A stretch of DNA of 64,000 nucleotides from Eledone cirrhosa. Lineage: Eukaryota. The stretch covers positions 168,764,001 to 168,828,000 of the forward strand of contig OZ024743.1 in the NCBI GenBank assembly GCA_964016885.1, in the 5' to 3' direction. The stretch's first letter is position 1. Each line of letters starts with the position of its first letter. The position numbers were made by a program, and so were the translations under genes. This document shows positions 38,306-52,086 of this stretch, piece by piece. The notes beneath the pieces were generated by a model. It saw only the letters and a list, made by a program, of their open reading frames with translations. It did not search any database and was not told the origin of the DNA.

Positions 38306-39036
38306 CGGGATGGGAGAGAGAGAGAGAGAGAGAGGGAAAGTAGCAAGCGTTCATTAACTTTTATTTATTTATTATTTTTACACATTTCTTAACTCTCACA
38401 ATATTATTTATCTTTTATTTATTTTTTGTTTATTTATTTTTTGTGGAGGATGAGAGAGAGAAGGAAAGAGAGGAGATGAGTAAGAGAAAGGGAGTGAGGC
38501 GGATGGGGAGAGAAAGACAATAAGAAAAGAGAAAAGATGGGAGAGAGAAAATAAAGTAAAGAGGCAGGAGAGAGGGAGGGTGATTGGAGGGATTATTTAA
38601 GTAATGTGTGTCCGCGTTTATATATATATATTTACACACACATATGTGTTATGGGGGGGGGGGGCGTTCTTTAGCAGACGATATATGTTACCATCAAAGC
38701 TTATTTTCTACATATGTCTAAAGAAATCACAGATGCTTTTATAGAAGTTGTATATATGTATGTATTTAACAGAAGAAAAAAAAAGATATTATTTGAATAT
38801 ATTATTTTCCGCTGTTATTTGAATTAACACAGAAAATTTTTTTTGTAGTGTTTGTCGTTTTTGGGGTGGGAGTTGGATAAAAAATGATAATTTCATAATA
38901 CAATCTGAAATCTCAATATTTTCTACATATGTCTAAAATTAATTACACCTAATATACATTCATATAAAGAGATCATACAAGAGATCATACGTTCTATAGT
39001 TGTTTCTATTTCGGAAAGAGTGTGGTGTGTAATAAT

Positions 39037-39099
39037 TGTTTCTACTTTTGGCACAAGGCGAGCAATTATTCCAGTGCATTACTGGTACTTTATTTTATC
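39037..39099 (-). mobile_element. 5'-truncated SINE with 17-bp TSD
   Basis: TSD gtgtggtgtgtaataat at 39020-39036 and 39100-39116. Confidence 0.85.
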
Positions 39100-39126
39100 G
39101 TGTGGTGTGTAATAATATCACTTCAA

Positions 39127-42100
39127 ATGCTTAGAAAAGGTTCCAGATCATTATATGGAAGGTCATCTTCAGAGGCTAAGAGAAAGAAAACGCAGCGATC
39201 TGAAGAAAGTGAAGAAGTTCGGCATCCTCGGCTAGCTGCTAACAGAGCCCAAACAGCTTTAGCACGAGCACACCGTTTGGATGAAAGGGAACAAAGGACT
39301 GCTGCTACACGAGAACAACAAATTAAGGAACAGCAGCATATCAGACGAAATGCTAATCAAGCACATCGTCCTACTGCCCGAGCAGGAGTACAAGCCACAA
39401 GTAAAATGAACTGGCTCATGGGTGCTTTTTCTTTATGACCCCCAAAAGGACTACAGCAGTAATCCACAAATCAACATTGGGAAAAGGAACAAATGCTACC
39501 AGTATTGTGGTGCCAAGAAGTGGGCAGCAGAAACACCAAGTCTATGCTGCTCAAAAGGCAAAGTGAGCCGTAAAACAATATAAGAACCTCCTGAATTCCT
39601 GAAGAATCTGCTTCTTCAGCATACACCAGAAGCACGACACTTCAATAAATACATCATAAAATATAATTCTGCCCTTCAAATGACATCTTTTGGGCTGACA
39701 GGAATGTGACTGACTTTAGATTCTGTACAACTTATAAAATTCAGGGACAGTGTTACCACTTAATGGGTGGCCTTCTGCCACTTTCACAGGAGCCTCATAA
39801 ATTTGTGCAGGTTTACTTCATGGGTGGAAATGAAACACAGACACAACAAAGATGTACCAATGTCCATGGTGGATTGCAGATCTACATAGTCATAAAGTTA
39901 TAAGTAATGCTTCACCAACATCACATGTACGTCAGTGTATTGAAATATGCACTGGAACATATGAACAACACCGGGGATCGTAAAATCAACATTACGGCAG
40001 ACAACCGCCCAGCTTCAGAACATGAATGCAGATTCAATGCACCTGTCACTGATGAAGTTGCAATCATAATGATTGATGAACAGCATGAACGACGTGACAT
40101 TGTTTTGCAAAAACGAAGTGGACATTTGGAGCGAATTTGTGAAACTCATAGAGCCTATGATTCACTCCAATATCCGCTCATCTATTGGAATGGTCAAGTT
40201 GGATATCATTTTCAGATACGGCAGATCAGCCCAGGAACGGGACAAGAAACTGGCCGATCAATCAGCTGCAAAGAATTCTATGCTTAACATTTCGTGGTAC
40301 GTGATCACTTCAACCAAGTTCTGCGATTCAAAGAAGTAACCAGCCAGTTCACGGTGGACATGTATGCCAAATTGAAACAGAAAGATTGGGTTTTCTGCGA
40401 AGGAATCAAACTAAGTTGGGGGCAGATGACTACATCCACCTTAGATATGCCATCTGATGTTGAGCCAAGAAATATTGGCCTGCCAGTCATACTACCATCA
40501 AGCTTCACTGGAGGACCACGTTACATGCACGAACGTACGCAACATGCAATGGCCTATGTCAGAAAATTTGGTCGGCCAGATCTCTTCATTACATTTACAT
40601 GCAATTCAAACTGGTCAGAAATATCAAATGAATTATTTCAAAATCAAAAACCAAAGGATCGACATGACCTCATTGCTCGGGTTTTCCATGAAAAGCAAAA
40701 ACAAAAACTCATCTGGCTCGTAAAAGAAGGAAGAATCTTTGGTGAGCTTAGTGCTTGGATGACCACTATTGAATGGCAGAAGAGAGGTCTTCCTCACTCT
40801 CACACACTAATCTGGTGCAAGGAGAAGATAAGACCAGATGATGTTGATAGGATCATTTCAGCACTGTTGCCTGATAAAGGTGGTGATCCAGAGCTCTTTG
40901 AAACCATTAAGTCCAAACTCATTCATGGTCCATGTGGAGTCATCAATTCAGACTCTCCCTGCATGAAAGATAAAAAATGCAGCAAACATTATCCTAGAGC
41001 TTTTATTCGGGAAACTCGGACTGACAATAATGGATACCCCCTTTATCATAGGCGTAGACCAGAACATGGAGGCAATACTGCAAGCCTAACAGTTCGAGGA
41101 GAGGAGCTGACCATAAACAATCTGTGGGTCGTCCCACAAAACAAATTGTTGTGTAAACCTTTAAAAGCTCATATCAATGTTGACTATTGCAGCTCTGTCA
41201 AGGCAATGTCACAAAATATATGTCACAAAATATATCAACAAGGGCAGTGACATGGCTACCTTTATTACTGACAAAACCCAATGATGGTGGGCTGGATGAG
41301 GTCAGGCGGTATCAAACATGTCGATACATCTCCAGCAATGAAGCTATCTGGCGAATCTTTGGGTTTGATATCCACCAACGCCACCCAACAGTGGTCAACC
41401 TCGCAGTCCATCTGGAAAATGGACAGAGATTGTACTTCACTGAGATCACTGCTCATCAGTTAGCACAAGCATCACATGACACTACACTAACTGCTTTCTT
41501 TAAACTCTGCCAGAATGATGAATTTGCTCGATCCCTTCTATATGGTGAAGTCCCAACATACTACACCTGGACCAATTGCAAGACCTGGAATCGAAGAAAG
41601 CAGGGTCATTTAGTGGAAGGTCATGAAGTAAAGTCAAGTGATGCTATTGCGCGTGTTCATCCCAACAACAGAGAATGTTTTTATTTACGGCTACTTCTGC
41701 ATACTGTTCGAGGACCAACGTCATTTGAGGATCTTAGATGCTTCACATACCAAGTGCGCAACATACCAAGAAGCATGTAAACAGCATGGACTCCTGCATG
41801 ACAATGGACACTGGAAGAAGTTCCTAGAAGAAGCAGCAATCACTCAAGTAGCCAGTCAAATAAGACAATTATTTGCTATTATGCTCACAGCATGTGGAAT
41901 TGATGAAGCTCATCTACTCAGGCAGGAGTACAAAAACAATGTCGGACAACTATCTACACCTAGCCCGAAGACATCATGGCAATATGTATATGGAATATAC
42001 CCCCAGGATTTACAATCAAGCTCTCTGTGACCTGTCCCATCGAGTTCAGGCAATGAATAGCACATTAGCTAACTGCGGGATGCCAGAGCCAGATGAAGAA

Positions 42101-43542
42101 ATAGAGGTAGCACAATACATTTTTCAGGAGACAAACTACTATATTCAAGCATGGCGTTAGTTTGTGGATGAAAATGAACCTCCTTTGATGAATGACCAGA
42201 AATACCCCTACCACAACATCATCGAAAACATTCAAAATGACAGGGGGGGGTGACTTTTTTCATCGATGCTCTTGCTGGCACAGGCAAAACATTCCTCATG
42301 AAGCTCCTGCTTGCAAAAGTTAGCCAAAAGCAACATATTACCCTTGCTGTAGCTTCAAATGGCATTGCAGCAACACTTCTGGATGGAGGAAGAACTGCAC
42401 ACTCCATGTTTAAGTTGCCCATAGATCTCACACGGCATGAACTTTTTTGCAACATCAAGAAGAACTCACCTAAGGGCAAGCTTCTGCAAACATGCAAGAT
42501 GATAATTTGGGATGAAGCTACTATGAGCCATAAAGGAGCAATTGAAGCTTTGGACCGGACGATAAGGGATCTGAGAGAAAATAGTTGCATAATGGGAGGA
42601 GTGACAATGGTTCTTCCTGGTGATTTCAGACAAACTCTGCCTGTAATTCTTCGAGGGACTCAAGATGATCAGGTCAATGCCTGTCTGAAAACATCCTATA
42701 TCTGGCCCCACGTTCAGCTGCTGAGCCTTACAACCAACATGCGAGTGCACTTAACTGGTGACGAAGGTGTTAGTGAGTTTGCCATCCAACTACTTAAATT
42801 GGGAAATGGACTTCTTGAAAAGGACACCAATGACCATATTAAGTTGTCATTTGGCAATATCATTGACACAGAACAAGAACTGATTGCCAGAGTGTTTCCA
42901 AACATTCAGACTAGGCAATGTGATCCGAAATGGTTCTGTGAACGGGCAATCTTAGCACCTAACAATGTTGCTGTGAAAGAAATCGACAGAAGGCTGTTGG
43001 AGATGTTACTGGGAGAGAAAATATGCTACAAATCAGTTGACACAATCACTTCTCAAGACCAGGTTGTAAACTATCCAACTGAATTTTTTTAACAGTCTTG
43101 AACGAGCGGGAATTCTTCCACACAACCTAATACTGAAGCTTGGAGCATCGGTTATGCTACTTCGCAATCTGGATCCTCCAAAACTTTGTAATCGCACAAG
43201 ACTCATCATCAAAAATATGATATCCAATGTTCTAGAAGTTGCAATCAAGTCAGGAAAATTTGCTGGTGACAATTGTTTCATTCCCAGAATACCTCTGAAG
43301 CCAACTGATTTGCTATTTGAATTTCAAGACTTCAATTTCCGATCAGGCTCAGTTTTGCCATGACCATTAATAAATCTCAAGGGCAATCATTGAAAGTCGT
43401 TGGCTTGAATCTGGCAGATCCTGTCTTTTCACATGATCAACTCTATGTTGGCACAACAAGGGTTGGGAACCCCGATTGTCTCTTCATTGTGGCACCACAG
43501 GGAAAAACCAAGAATGTTGTTTATCCAGAGGCTTTGGAATGA
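39127..43542 (+). pseudogene. Helitron Rep-helicase (HUH Rep plus PIF1-like SF1 helicase), many stops and frameshifts
   Basis: LPSSFTGGPRYM, GRPDLFITFTCN, IEWQKRGLPHSH, DALAGTGKTF, IIWDEATM, GDFRQTLPV, MLLRNLDPPKLCN, MTINKSQGQSL, LYVGTTRV. Confidence 0.95.
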
Positions 43543-44636
43543 GCAATGTCGTAATACTTCATTCAATGACAATACACACAGATCCTAATTCCTTAGTCAT
43601 GTAGTTTACAAGGAATTCTGAAGCCGCAAATTTACTGCATGGTGTTACTTTGGAAGAATATGCAGGCATTCCCGGGTACCCCTGCTATATAAAGTAGTAT
43701 AAGTGAGGACTTTGTTGGGTAGAAATAGCAGCCAAATTTCCTTCAAATCCCACCTTACTTTCTCAGGTATGTATATATGTATGAAGCAAAAAGGAATGGC
43801 TCTATGTGATAACTCGATCTACTAGAAATATTAGCAAAATCCATTTCAAATCACCAATATCTGTCTTACACACATACATGTGGTTGTATGTATCTATGTA
43901 TGTCATGTGAGCCACTATAACTGTTGGTATAGCTAACAGAAATAGAAAACAAATCTCCCTCAAACAAGATCCTACTGCCATAGAGGCAAAGATTGGTGAA
44001 AGCTACTGTATACAAATTTAAATACACTTTCCCCGAATTACAGAAATGAGTAAGTAAATGCTTCATTCAATCATAAACCAATGCTAAATTTATTTTCTTA
44101 TTTTAGTTATGGTTTTTAAAATAGTCTTTACATGTTGTTTGAATTTCAGAAGTTCAGATTGAACCAAAAAAAAAGAAAAGGATGAACAAAAATAATCTAA
44201 ATGTATTATTTTCGTCATGCCCTGACAGCATACCTAATGATTCATCTATGAGTAAAGCATTATATATGTTGACTGTAATAGGGAGCAGTATCCAAAAAAT
44301 CACCACTAGAAAAAACTAATATTTTTATCTAGATGATTTACTTTGACCAAACGGCAATAAATATTCTGCTATAATTCCTACTTTGGTTAAAATCCAGCAA
44401 TCATATTTGAAAGGTCAAATATTTTGTAATGTGTGCCAAATATATTGTAAGTTTCATAAAATACCCGGGTATCACCGGGTAGCTCAGCTAGTATAATATA
44501 TACAAAGGAAAGGGAAAGGAAAAAGATAAACAGAAAAAATAAACAATCACTATAAATATGCAGGCGAAAGAATGGGAAAACGAGACGCTACCAGAGCAAA
44601 AGATAGCAATGTGGCGAGAAGCACTGGGAAATCTCT

Positions 44637-45035
44637 CTAATAATTTTTGAGGCAAGCCAGCACGCTCGCAACGTCACCTGGGGTAATGGCGAGACTGGGG
44701 TGCAGGAACAACCAAGTGCCCTCACAAGCATCACCAGTTACCTCTGTTTGGCGAGCCGCCAGTGAAGATAGGAACTTCGCTGTCAGTAGCCCGACTCCCC
44801 CAAACGTCTCGAACGCCACAGGCTGGATAATGTAGTTAGCTGACAGAACACGGTATTTTAATATTGTGTTCCGTTCAGCTGCGGATGCTGTAGCTCTTGC
44901 CCTTACCGCTGCATCCAGAATGTGGGAAGAAGCAAAAGAGTCACTAACTGTGACGTCCCAGGTAAGGCACCTGCCTCCTGACCAGGAGCACAAAGTAAGA
45001 CCGTCAAGTATTTTCCCATCAATTCTGGACAACCC
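44637..45035 (-). pseudogene. CRE-like LINE restriction-like endonuclease fragment
   Basis: DGLTLCSWSGGRCLTWDVTV...AAE...KY...PVAFETFGGVG. Confidence 0.75.
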
Positions 45036-45239
45036 GGGCCAAAGCCCTTGAGTGGTAATAGGACAGTGTGTGTATGTGCACGCGCGAGTTTGTCGGTGTT
45101 CTTAAATTAGAGACATGTGTGTCACTGTTTTTAAGTTAGAGACATATATGTGTGTATCCCTTTCCTTCCTTTTAAACACACATTCATTCACACAAATACA
45201 CATAAACATTGTGTGATGGACAATGTCCCTCAAATTTAT

Positions 45240-45886
45240 ATATATGTGAATGGAGTTCTACCGAAGCAGTTAGAGAAGTTCAAGTATATTGGAGCCGTGT
45301 TCATGAGTGATGGAATGCAGGAGGCTGAATTAAGTGCAAGAATTGCAAAAGCTGATGTAGTAATGCGCCAGCCTCAGCATTCGGCAATCAGGGGGGTAGG
45401 TGTAAAAGCCAAACTCGCTGTCTTCCTGGTATTCCTTCCAACTCTTACTGAGGATCATGAATCTTGAGTAATGACCAAAAGAATACGATTGTAAATAAAA
45501 GTGGCAGAAATGGGATTCCTCCGAAGGGTCTTTGGAGTAACGTTACTCGATAAAGTGCATAGCTCAGAGACCAGCGAGTCACTCCTGGTAGAGCCGCTAT
45601 TTCTCCGAATTGAGAGATCACAACTCCGATATTATGAGCATATGGTTAGAATATCTCAGTAAAGAATCGCTGGGCAGATTTTACAGGCAAAACCAACCGT
45701 CAAGGGTCCCAGAGGTAGACCCTGAGCAAGATAGTTGGATAACATCCATGAGCTTGGCTGGTCACGCTTTGGGATCCAGCTGCATAAGTTAGAGATGTTT
45801 GCTTCTGACAGACTCGCTGGAAGGAGTGGTTGAGAAGGATTCTGACCCCACGACCCTCTCAGAAATGAGTAGGCGAAGAAGAAGAT
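45240..45886 (+). pseudogene. RTE-clade LINE 3' fragment
   Basis: LEKFKYIG..SDG..ELSARIAKA, AEMGFLRRVFGVTLLDKV, RGRP; (gaa) tail. Confidence 0.8.
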
Positions 45887-46267
45887 ATTGTTAATTTATT
45901 TTTCAATTTACATATATATATTTGCGTATAATATCAATATGCACACTACATATCATAGCAGAAAACCGACCGAGGGTGGTTTTTCTGCTAGTTTCCCTAA
46001 AGGTATAACTTGTCACTGCCTGTCCCAATGTGCACTGAAACGAATGGTATGGACCATAATGAATCAAAATCGTAGTGAATTCCAGAACTTGACTGAGGAG
46101 ATGACACTGTCCGGCTTTCCGTTGTTTTTTTCCATTGTTTTTGTCCTGTGCTTTCCCTATTTTGAATATATATATATAAATTATCAGGAATATTCTATGC
46201 ACTTAATACTTCAATACATACGAGCTTATTACTACTATAAATAATGGATTTATTTCTCTGACAAGTC

Positions 46268-46321
<54 letters not shown>

Positions 46322-46961
46322 TCCCCCTCTCTCTCTCTCTTTCTTTGTCACTATATATATATATATACATGGTCAAGTGTATGTACATTCATGCGTGAGT
46401 ATGTGTGTGTTTATTAGTTTAGCTTTGCTTTGTACCTGACTCAACCCCACTCAAAAAGGAAAAATAATAATACAAATATCCACCACGTGCTTAATCATTT
46501 GCTATTAATATTATCATGACAATTTCAAACATTAAATGTGCTATTCAACACAAAATTACTGAATGAAGCCTTAGGCAAGTCATTCAAACAATTATTTTTT
46601 CTGAGAAATAGGGACAATCTATATAAAAACAAAAGTAAAGTGACGTATTAACCAGTTTAATAGGACAACGGTGGCTGTAAAAAAATAAAGACAGGCAATA
46701 AATTATATTAGATATAAATTAGTGCTAAAATGCGTAATGAAATAAATAGGGAGAGAAAACAATAAGTACAGAAGTGGTGTGTGTGTGTGTGTGTGTGTGA
46801 GTGAGTGTGTGTGTGTATGTATGTGTGTGTGTCTGTATGTGTGTGTGTGCGTGTGTGTGCTAAACCAAATGTCTTTCAATTATGTCTGCAAGCATTTGTC
46901 TGGTACAGATATATTTCTTTCAAACACTATGCCCTGTTCGCTTGTTTAAATATGTGCATAC

Positions 46962-46992
<31 letters not shown>

Positions 46993-47264
46993 CACACAGT
47001 TCAAGAGTAACCAATCTTAAAGAGAGAGATGGAGATAGGAGAGGAGATATGAGAGGAGAAATTGGTGAAAGGCATGTGCTCAATGTGCAATATGCAGTAG
47101 AAAGCAGCTAGGTGGCTGGGTTCATGCAGAAGTTAGGTGCGCAGAGCTGGAAATATTCATTAGTTAAGCAAAACAAGATCACAAATTTCACAAGGAAGAC
47201 ATTATTAAAAGATTGTCAACATATTTTAGTTTGATGTAAGGAATGTAGAGAATAATAATAATAA

Positions 47265-47436
47265 TTGTTTCTACTTTTGGCACAAGGCCAGCAATTACCC
47301 AGTACATTACTGGTACTTTATTTTATCGACCCCGTAAGGATGAAAGGCAAAGTCAACCTCGGCAGGATTTGAACTCAGATCGTAAAGGGACGTAACTATG
47401 CTGGAAAGCATGTCCGACCCTCTACCGATACTGCCA
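47265..47436 (-). mobile_element. tRNA-derived SINE
   Basis: Main family, inserted in (AAT)n. Confidence 0.9.
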
Positions 47437-47449
47437 AATAATAATGACC

Positions 47450-47570
47450 GTTTACAATTGTTTCGCTACTCCATATAATATTTCTGGATCAGATGACTAT
47501 ATATCATAATTTATCTGGTTCAGTTGAAAATAATTAACATATTTAAAAAGACAGAGCGGCTCATCGGAAC
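47450..47570 (-). ncRNA. Hammerhead-like motif with ~95 nt stem II region (mirror copy at 49414-49533, +)
   Basis: gtt-CCGATGA-gccgctc...gagtagc-GAAAC-aatt-GTA-aac; U4C variant in both arms. Confidence 0.65.
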
Positions 47571-49203
47571 TTCAAAGGAATATAAATTAAAATAATGAGA
47601 GAATGTTACATAATATAATGTTCTATATATTGGTTTTTCACTATGGTGTCTTGGTCGCATCAATTGTCAGCCATAATCAAGCAGTATTAATCTGTCGAGG
47701 CTGCATTGTGTGAGATCTGCCTATGAGTAACAAGATGGCTGCCAAAGAACATATTTACCTTACTAATTAGAGGGTGGTTTCAGGGGAAGTAACTCCTCGA
47801 GAGATTAGAAATTGTGGGTAGTTTATAGTTAAGTGCTAATTTTAAATGTTTTAATTGAGAGACAATATAGGGGAGGTAACTTATAATTATCTAAGTTACT
47901 CATAGCTATGTAACTTATTAGCTACAAGTAAAAATGGGGCTAGATGACTAAGTTGGGTCAAATATTCTATTGGCGAAGGAATTAGCCCTTCGATGTTGAC
48001 AGCTAATAGTTACCTCCGTTCTATCGTTAATCGGTAGAGGTCGTGATAGAGTTATGTAATATGCTTCTGTAATACAGAGATCACAAGATTTTCTTCGTCC
48101 ATTGAACGGTTGGGCCCTAGCCATGATATCCCATTTTAGTGAGTGTTGAACGTTGCTTAATTTAAGGTATGAATGAGCTTAGCTAGCGATGTTGAACATC
48201 TGTTGCCAGGGTCTCGGTAGGAAAAAGAGTGCGCGTTATATCGTACCTTAAAACGGTTAGAGGTAGACCCGATATAAGAGCTGGTATTCGAAGCAGTTTT
48301 AACCATGCACCTATAGACTATGCTGGGTGTCCGGCAGTGTCTATTCAATGGGCATGCATTAGGGTAACGGCAGTTGCAGTTGCTTCTGCGGTTAGTGAGA
48401 GTAGGGTAGTTTAACCTAAGCGGTAGGTCAGTGCTAGAAGGATTAGATGGGGGAGGTGTGCTACTAGAGTAATTATTGGTGTAGTGGCGTGGTGTATTTG
48501 ATAGGGGTGGTGGTACCGCGGTGTGGGAGTTATACTGTCTTAGTTTATGATGGTTACTGAATGCGATGTGGTTAGATGTTGTGGAGAATGAGATTTTAAT
48601 GTTATTTTTATTAAAGAGTTTGTAATATCTATGGTTGGGGGGGGTGTTTAGATAGGATAGAGAAGAAGCGTTTAGGGATATTAGTGGCTAGATTAGACGA
48701 GAAGGGGGGGGGGGTAAGCCAGGTGATATTTCTAGGTCTATTCCTTCTAGGGGTTCTAGTGGAGTTGGTGGGGCCTTCCTAGGGTTATTATTACATGGGG
48801 ATTTGTTATTTGTCATCCCATTTCTCATTCCTATTCTAGTGTTGATTTTTGCTACTTGGAGTGGGGAGCAGGCCGCTGCCACCATTAAACTTCCCTGTAT
48901 AGGTGCTGTTACTGCTAAAATTCCGGCGAGTCTGGCTATATGCTAAGGTATTTCTAGTTCTACTGTTAAGTTTATTATGGTGAATTGCTGTGTTATGGCA
49001 TTTAGTTATGTAATAAATTGTCCTTTGGCAGCCATATTGTTACCCATAGGCAGATCTCACACAATGCAGTCTCGACAGATGAATACTGCTTGATTATGGC
49101 TGACAACTGATGCAACCAAGACACCATAGTGAAAAACCAATATATGGAACATTATCTTATGTAACATTCTCTCATTATTTTAATTTATATTAATTTATAT
49201 AAG

Positions 49204-49387
49204 GGCGGTGGATTGGCAGTATCGGTAGAGGGTCGGACGCCATGCTTTCCAGCATAGTTACGTCCCTTTACGATCTGAGATCAAATCCCGCCGAGATTGA
49301 CTTTGCCTTTCATCCTTACGGGGTCGATAAAATAAAGTACCAGTAATGCACTGGGTAATTGCTGGCCTTGTGCCTAAAGTAGAAACA
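49204..49387 (+). mobile_element. tRNA-derived SINE with TSD
   Basis: GGCGGTGGATTGGCAGTATCGG head; TSD attattttaatttatat at 49174-49190 and 49388-49404. Confidence 0.9.
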
Positions 49388-49661
49388 ATTATTTTAATTT
49401 ATATTCCTTTGAAGTTCCGATGAACCGCTCCCTTTTTTAAATATGTTAATTATTTTCAACTGAACCAGATAAATTATGATATATAGTCATCTGATCCAGC
49501 AATATCATATGGAGTAGCGAAACAATTGTAAACGGATATTATTATTATTAATAATATTATTATTATTATTCTCTACATTCCTTACATCAAACTAAAATAT
49601 GTTGACAATCTTTTAATAATGTCTTCCTTGTGAAATTTGTGGTCTTGTTTTGCTTAACTAA

Positions 49662-49725
<64 letters not shown>

Positions 49726-49729
<4 letters not shown>

Positions 49730-50372
49730 CCGAATTACCCGCGCCTTGCTGCGTTTCACACATTGTTTTTGTAAGAAAATGATGATTGATTTTAAATTAG
49801 TGATATCATCTATGGAGAAAAACTCTGCATTTCAATATTACTCAATGTAAAATTTAATGCATGAAAAATTGGAAAACATTATTTTTTGTAATATATCAAA
49901 TAAAAATTACATTATTAAATCTTACTCTTTTTTGTGACTTATAAATAATTTAATTCAAAACATTTGTAAATATGCCTCATATCTTGTCATTTACCTATGG
50001 TTTAAATTTCATATAAATCGAAGATAAAAAATTTTCAGCGGTGTTTTTGTAACCCCGGGGACCCCCAATATGGGGTTTAACCCTCATTAGGGTGTCTTGA
50101 TATTATTGAAATTTGCTGAACTTTTGGGAATAGGCATCATATCTTGTCATTTATCTATGAGTTAAATTTCATATAAATCGAAGGGAAAAAATGTTCAGCG
50201 AGCGTTTTGTGCCCCTGGGGATCCCTTTGATTAAAATGAAATATACTTATCGAAGTACACTGAGCAATGTAGTTTGAGAATATATATATTTATGGGGATC
50301 TATCTCCAAAACCATAGGAGTAGTTGGTGAACAAACAAACAAACAGACAGGAATACAACTTCATATATATAT
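49726..50372 (-). mobile_element. Probable non-autonomous Helitron with internal ~160 bp duplication
   Basis: Degenerate GC hairpin near 49740, (acaa)n near the 5' end, duplicated block at ~49975 and ~50135. Confidence 0.55.
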
Positions 50373-50464
50373 CTGATTTATATTTAACCTTATCGAGCCC
50401 TCTTTGGATTTTAGTCTCCAAATTTATTATTATTACTATATATATATATATATATATATATATT

Positions 50465-51022
50465 CTAGGGCGGGTAAAATTCCCGAGATCCATGGACGAG
50501 TTCTCTCCAGCGATCTCTGTCCCTCATTATCGCTGCCATATCCTGCGTCTCCAACAGACCAATGTCTGTCCTTAGGGCATAAACATATGTTAACCTTGGT
50601 CTTCCTCTTCCAGTGTGTCCATGCAAGGCTCATGGAGAAGATGGAGTGGCATCAGAGGTGTTGAAGAGGTGTGATTTTGATATCATCCTGGGGTTCTGTA
50701 ACCAGGCACTGGAGAAAGGAGTTGCCCCGAATCAGTGGAGGATCAGTAACATCGTGCCAGTGCCAAAGAAGGGAGATCTCTTTAACACTAACAACTACAA
50801 GGGGATCTCACTGACGTCACTTGTGGCAAAGATCCTCAACAGGATGATTCTTAACAGGATACAGCCTGAGATGGAGAAGAAGCTCAGGGACAACCAGAAC
50901 GGCTTCAGAGTGGGAAGATCAACCACCAGTCACATCCTGATGCTGAGGAGTATATTAGAGGGAGCTAGAGCAAAGTGCCCACCTGCGGTCATGGTTTTCA
51001 TTGAATTTAGGAAGGCCTTTGA
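50465..51022. mobile_element. RTE LINE copy with inversion (3' end on minus, RT fragment on plus)
   Basis: 50465-50630 is the same family as 2522-2787. 50625-51020 (+) encodes IVPVPKKGDL..NYKGISLTS..QNGFRVGRST..FIEFRKAF. Confidence 0.85.
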
Positions 51023-51850
51023 AGGAGTGAAAGAGGTGGAGGCGGAGGAGTCAGGTGGTTGGGCAAAGCGTGTGCAGATTCAGTGGTGGGGAGAGGAAAG
51101 GGGGTGGTAGGTCACGGGATAGAGGGGTTAGGGTTGGAGGTGATATGAGTATGGGTGGTGATGCAGGCCGTGAGAGCGGAGAGAGTCGAGTTTGTGTTTT
51201 TTTATGCTAGTGAGGTAATTGAAAAGGAGGCGATTGAGGTAAAGGATGATTTGGATAAAGGATTGGGCGAGGAAAGGGTGGAAAGTGGAGGAGAGATGGA
51301 GGTAGGCCTTGGGGAGATCGCGGTCGAGAGAACGGATTTGGGCGAGAGTTGATCGAATGGGCGCCCGCATGAGCTGGCGAGAGGAGCTGGTAATGATGGG
51401 CTCAGTGATGGGAGCAGAGTAAGAGGTGGAGTGAAACTTGAGGCGGAAACCGAGAGGAATGGGGTGGTGATGGAGACAGCGACTTAAACATGTGATGTGA
51501 CTGTTGCATCGTGTTTTGGAGAGATGCAGGGAGGATTGGATGCATATAGAGGGGAGAGGTTGGAGGAAGCGCTTGAGAGTAGAATGGAGCTGGCGGAGAA
51601 AATATTTGAGATTGGACATATTGAAGTTACTTAGGTGGGAGTGAAAAATAGACGGGTGAGAAGAAGAAGGTGGTATAAGAAGATTGTCGTAGAGGATAAG
51701 TGGTAGAGAGTTGTGGGATATTTAAATGCATGAAGGGAAGACAATTTCAATGATACGAAAGATTTTCTGGTGGAAGTTCAGGTGTACTCCCGGTGGGTTG
51801 GTATCCAGTTTCGGGGTGAAAATCCAATAAGAAAATCCAACGAATTTTGA
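51023..51850 (-). mobile_element. Probable PLE N-terminal fragment
   Basis: ORF 51128-51619 with SHITCLSRCL..IPLGFRLKF resembles the PLE N-terminal motif (from memory). Confidence 0.5.
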
Positions 51851-51854
51851 GATA

Positions 51855-51886
<32 letters not shown>

Positions 51887-51888
51887 AC

Positions 51889-52072
51889 TGTTTCTACTTT
51901 AGGCACAAAGCCAGCAATTACCCAGTGCATTACTGGTACTTTATTTTATCGACCCCGTAAGGATGAAAGGCAAAGTCAACCTCGGCGGGATTTGAACTCA
52001 GATCGTAAAGGGACGTAACTATGCTGGAAAGCATGGCTTCCGACCCTCTACCGATACTGCCAATCCACCGCC
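51889..52072 (-). mobile_element. tRNA-derived SINE
   Basis: Full-length copy of the main family. Confidence 0.9.
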
Positions 52073-52086
52073 CTATATATATATAT

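Larger units (their letters stand above)
37664..44491 (+). mobile_element. Full-length decayed Helitron
   Basis: 5' A|TCTATC..TATATATAAATG; 3' hairpin ACCCGG-gtatca-CCGGGT at 44463-44480, then CTAG|T; encloses the RepHel remnants. Confidence 0.85.
47040..49668 (-). mobile_element. Penelope-like element with ~400 bp inverted pseudo-LTRs, each hit by a SINE
   Basis: 47153-47750 is inverted with ~49015-49668. The body encodes CNCRYPNACPLNRHC..IVYRC..YIGSTSNRFKVRYNAH. Tail ~47040-47152. Confidence 0.88.

Noticed and set aside
49204-49290. tRNA gene-like A/B boxes
   Set aside because: SINE heads with shared body and tail; no convincing cloverleaf.
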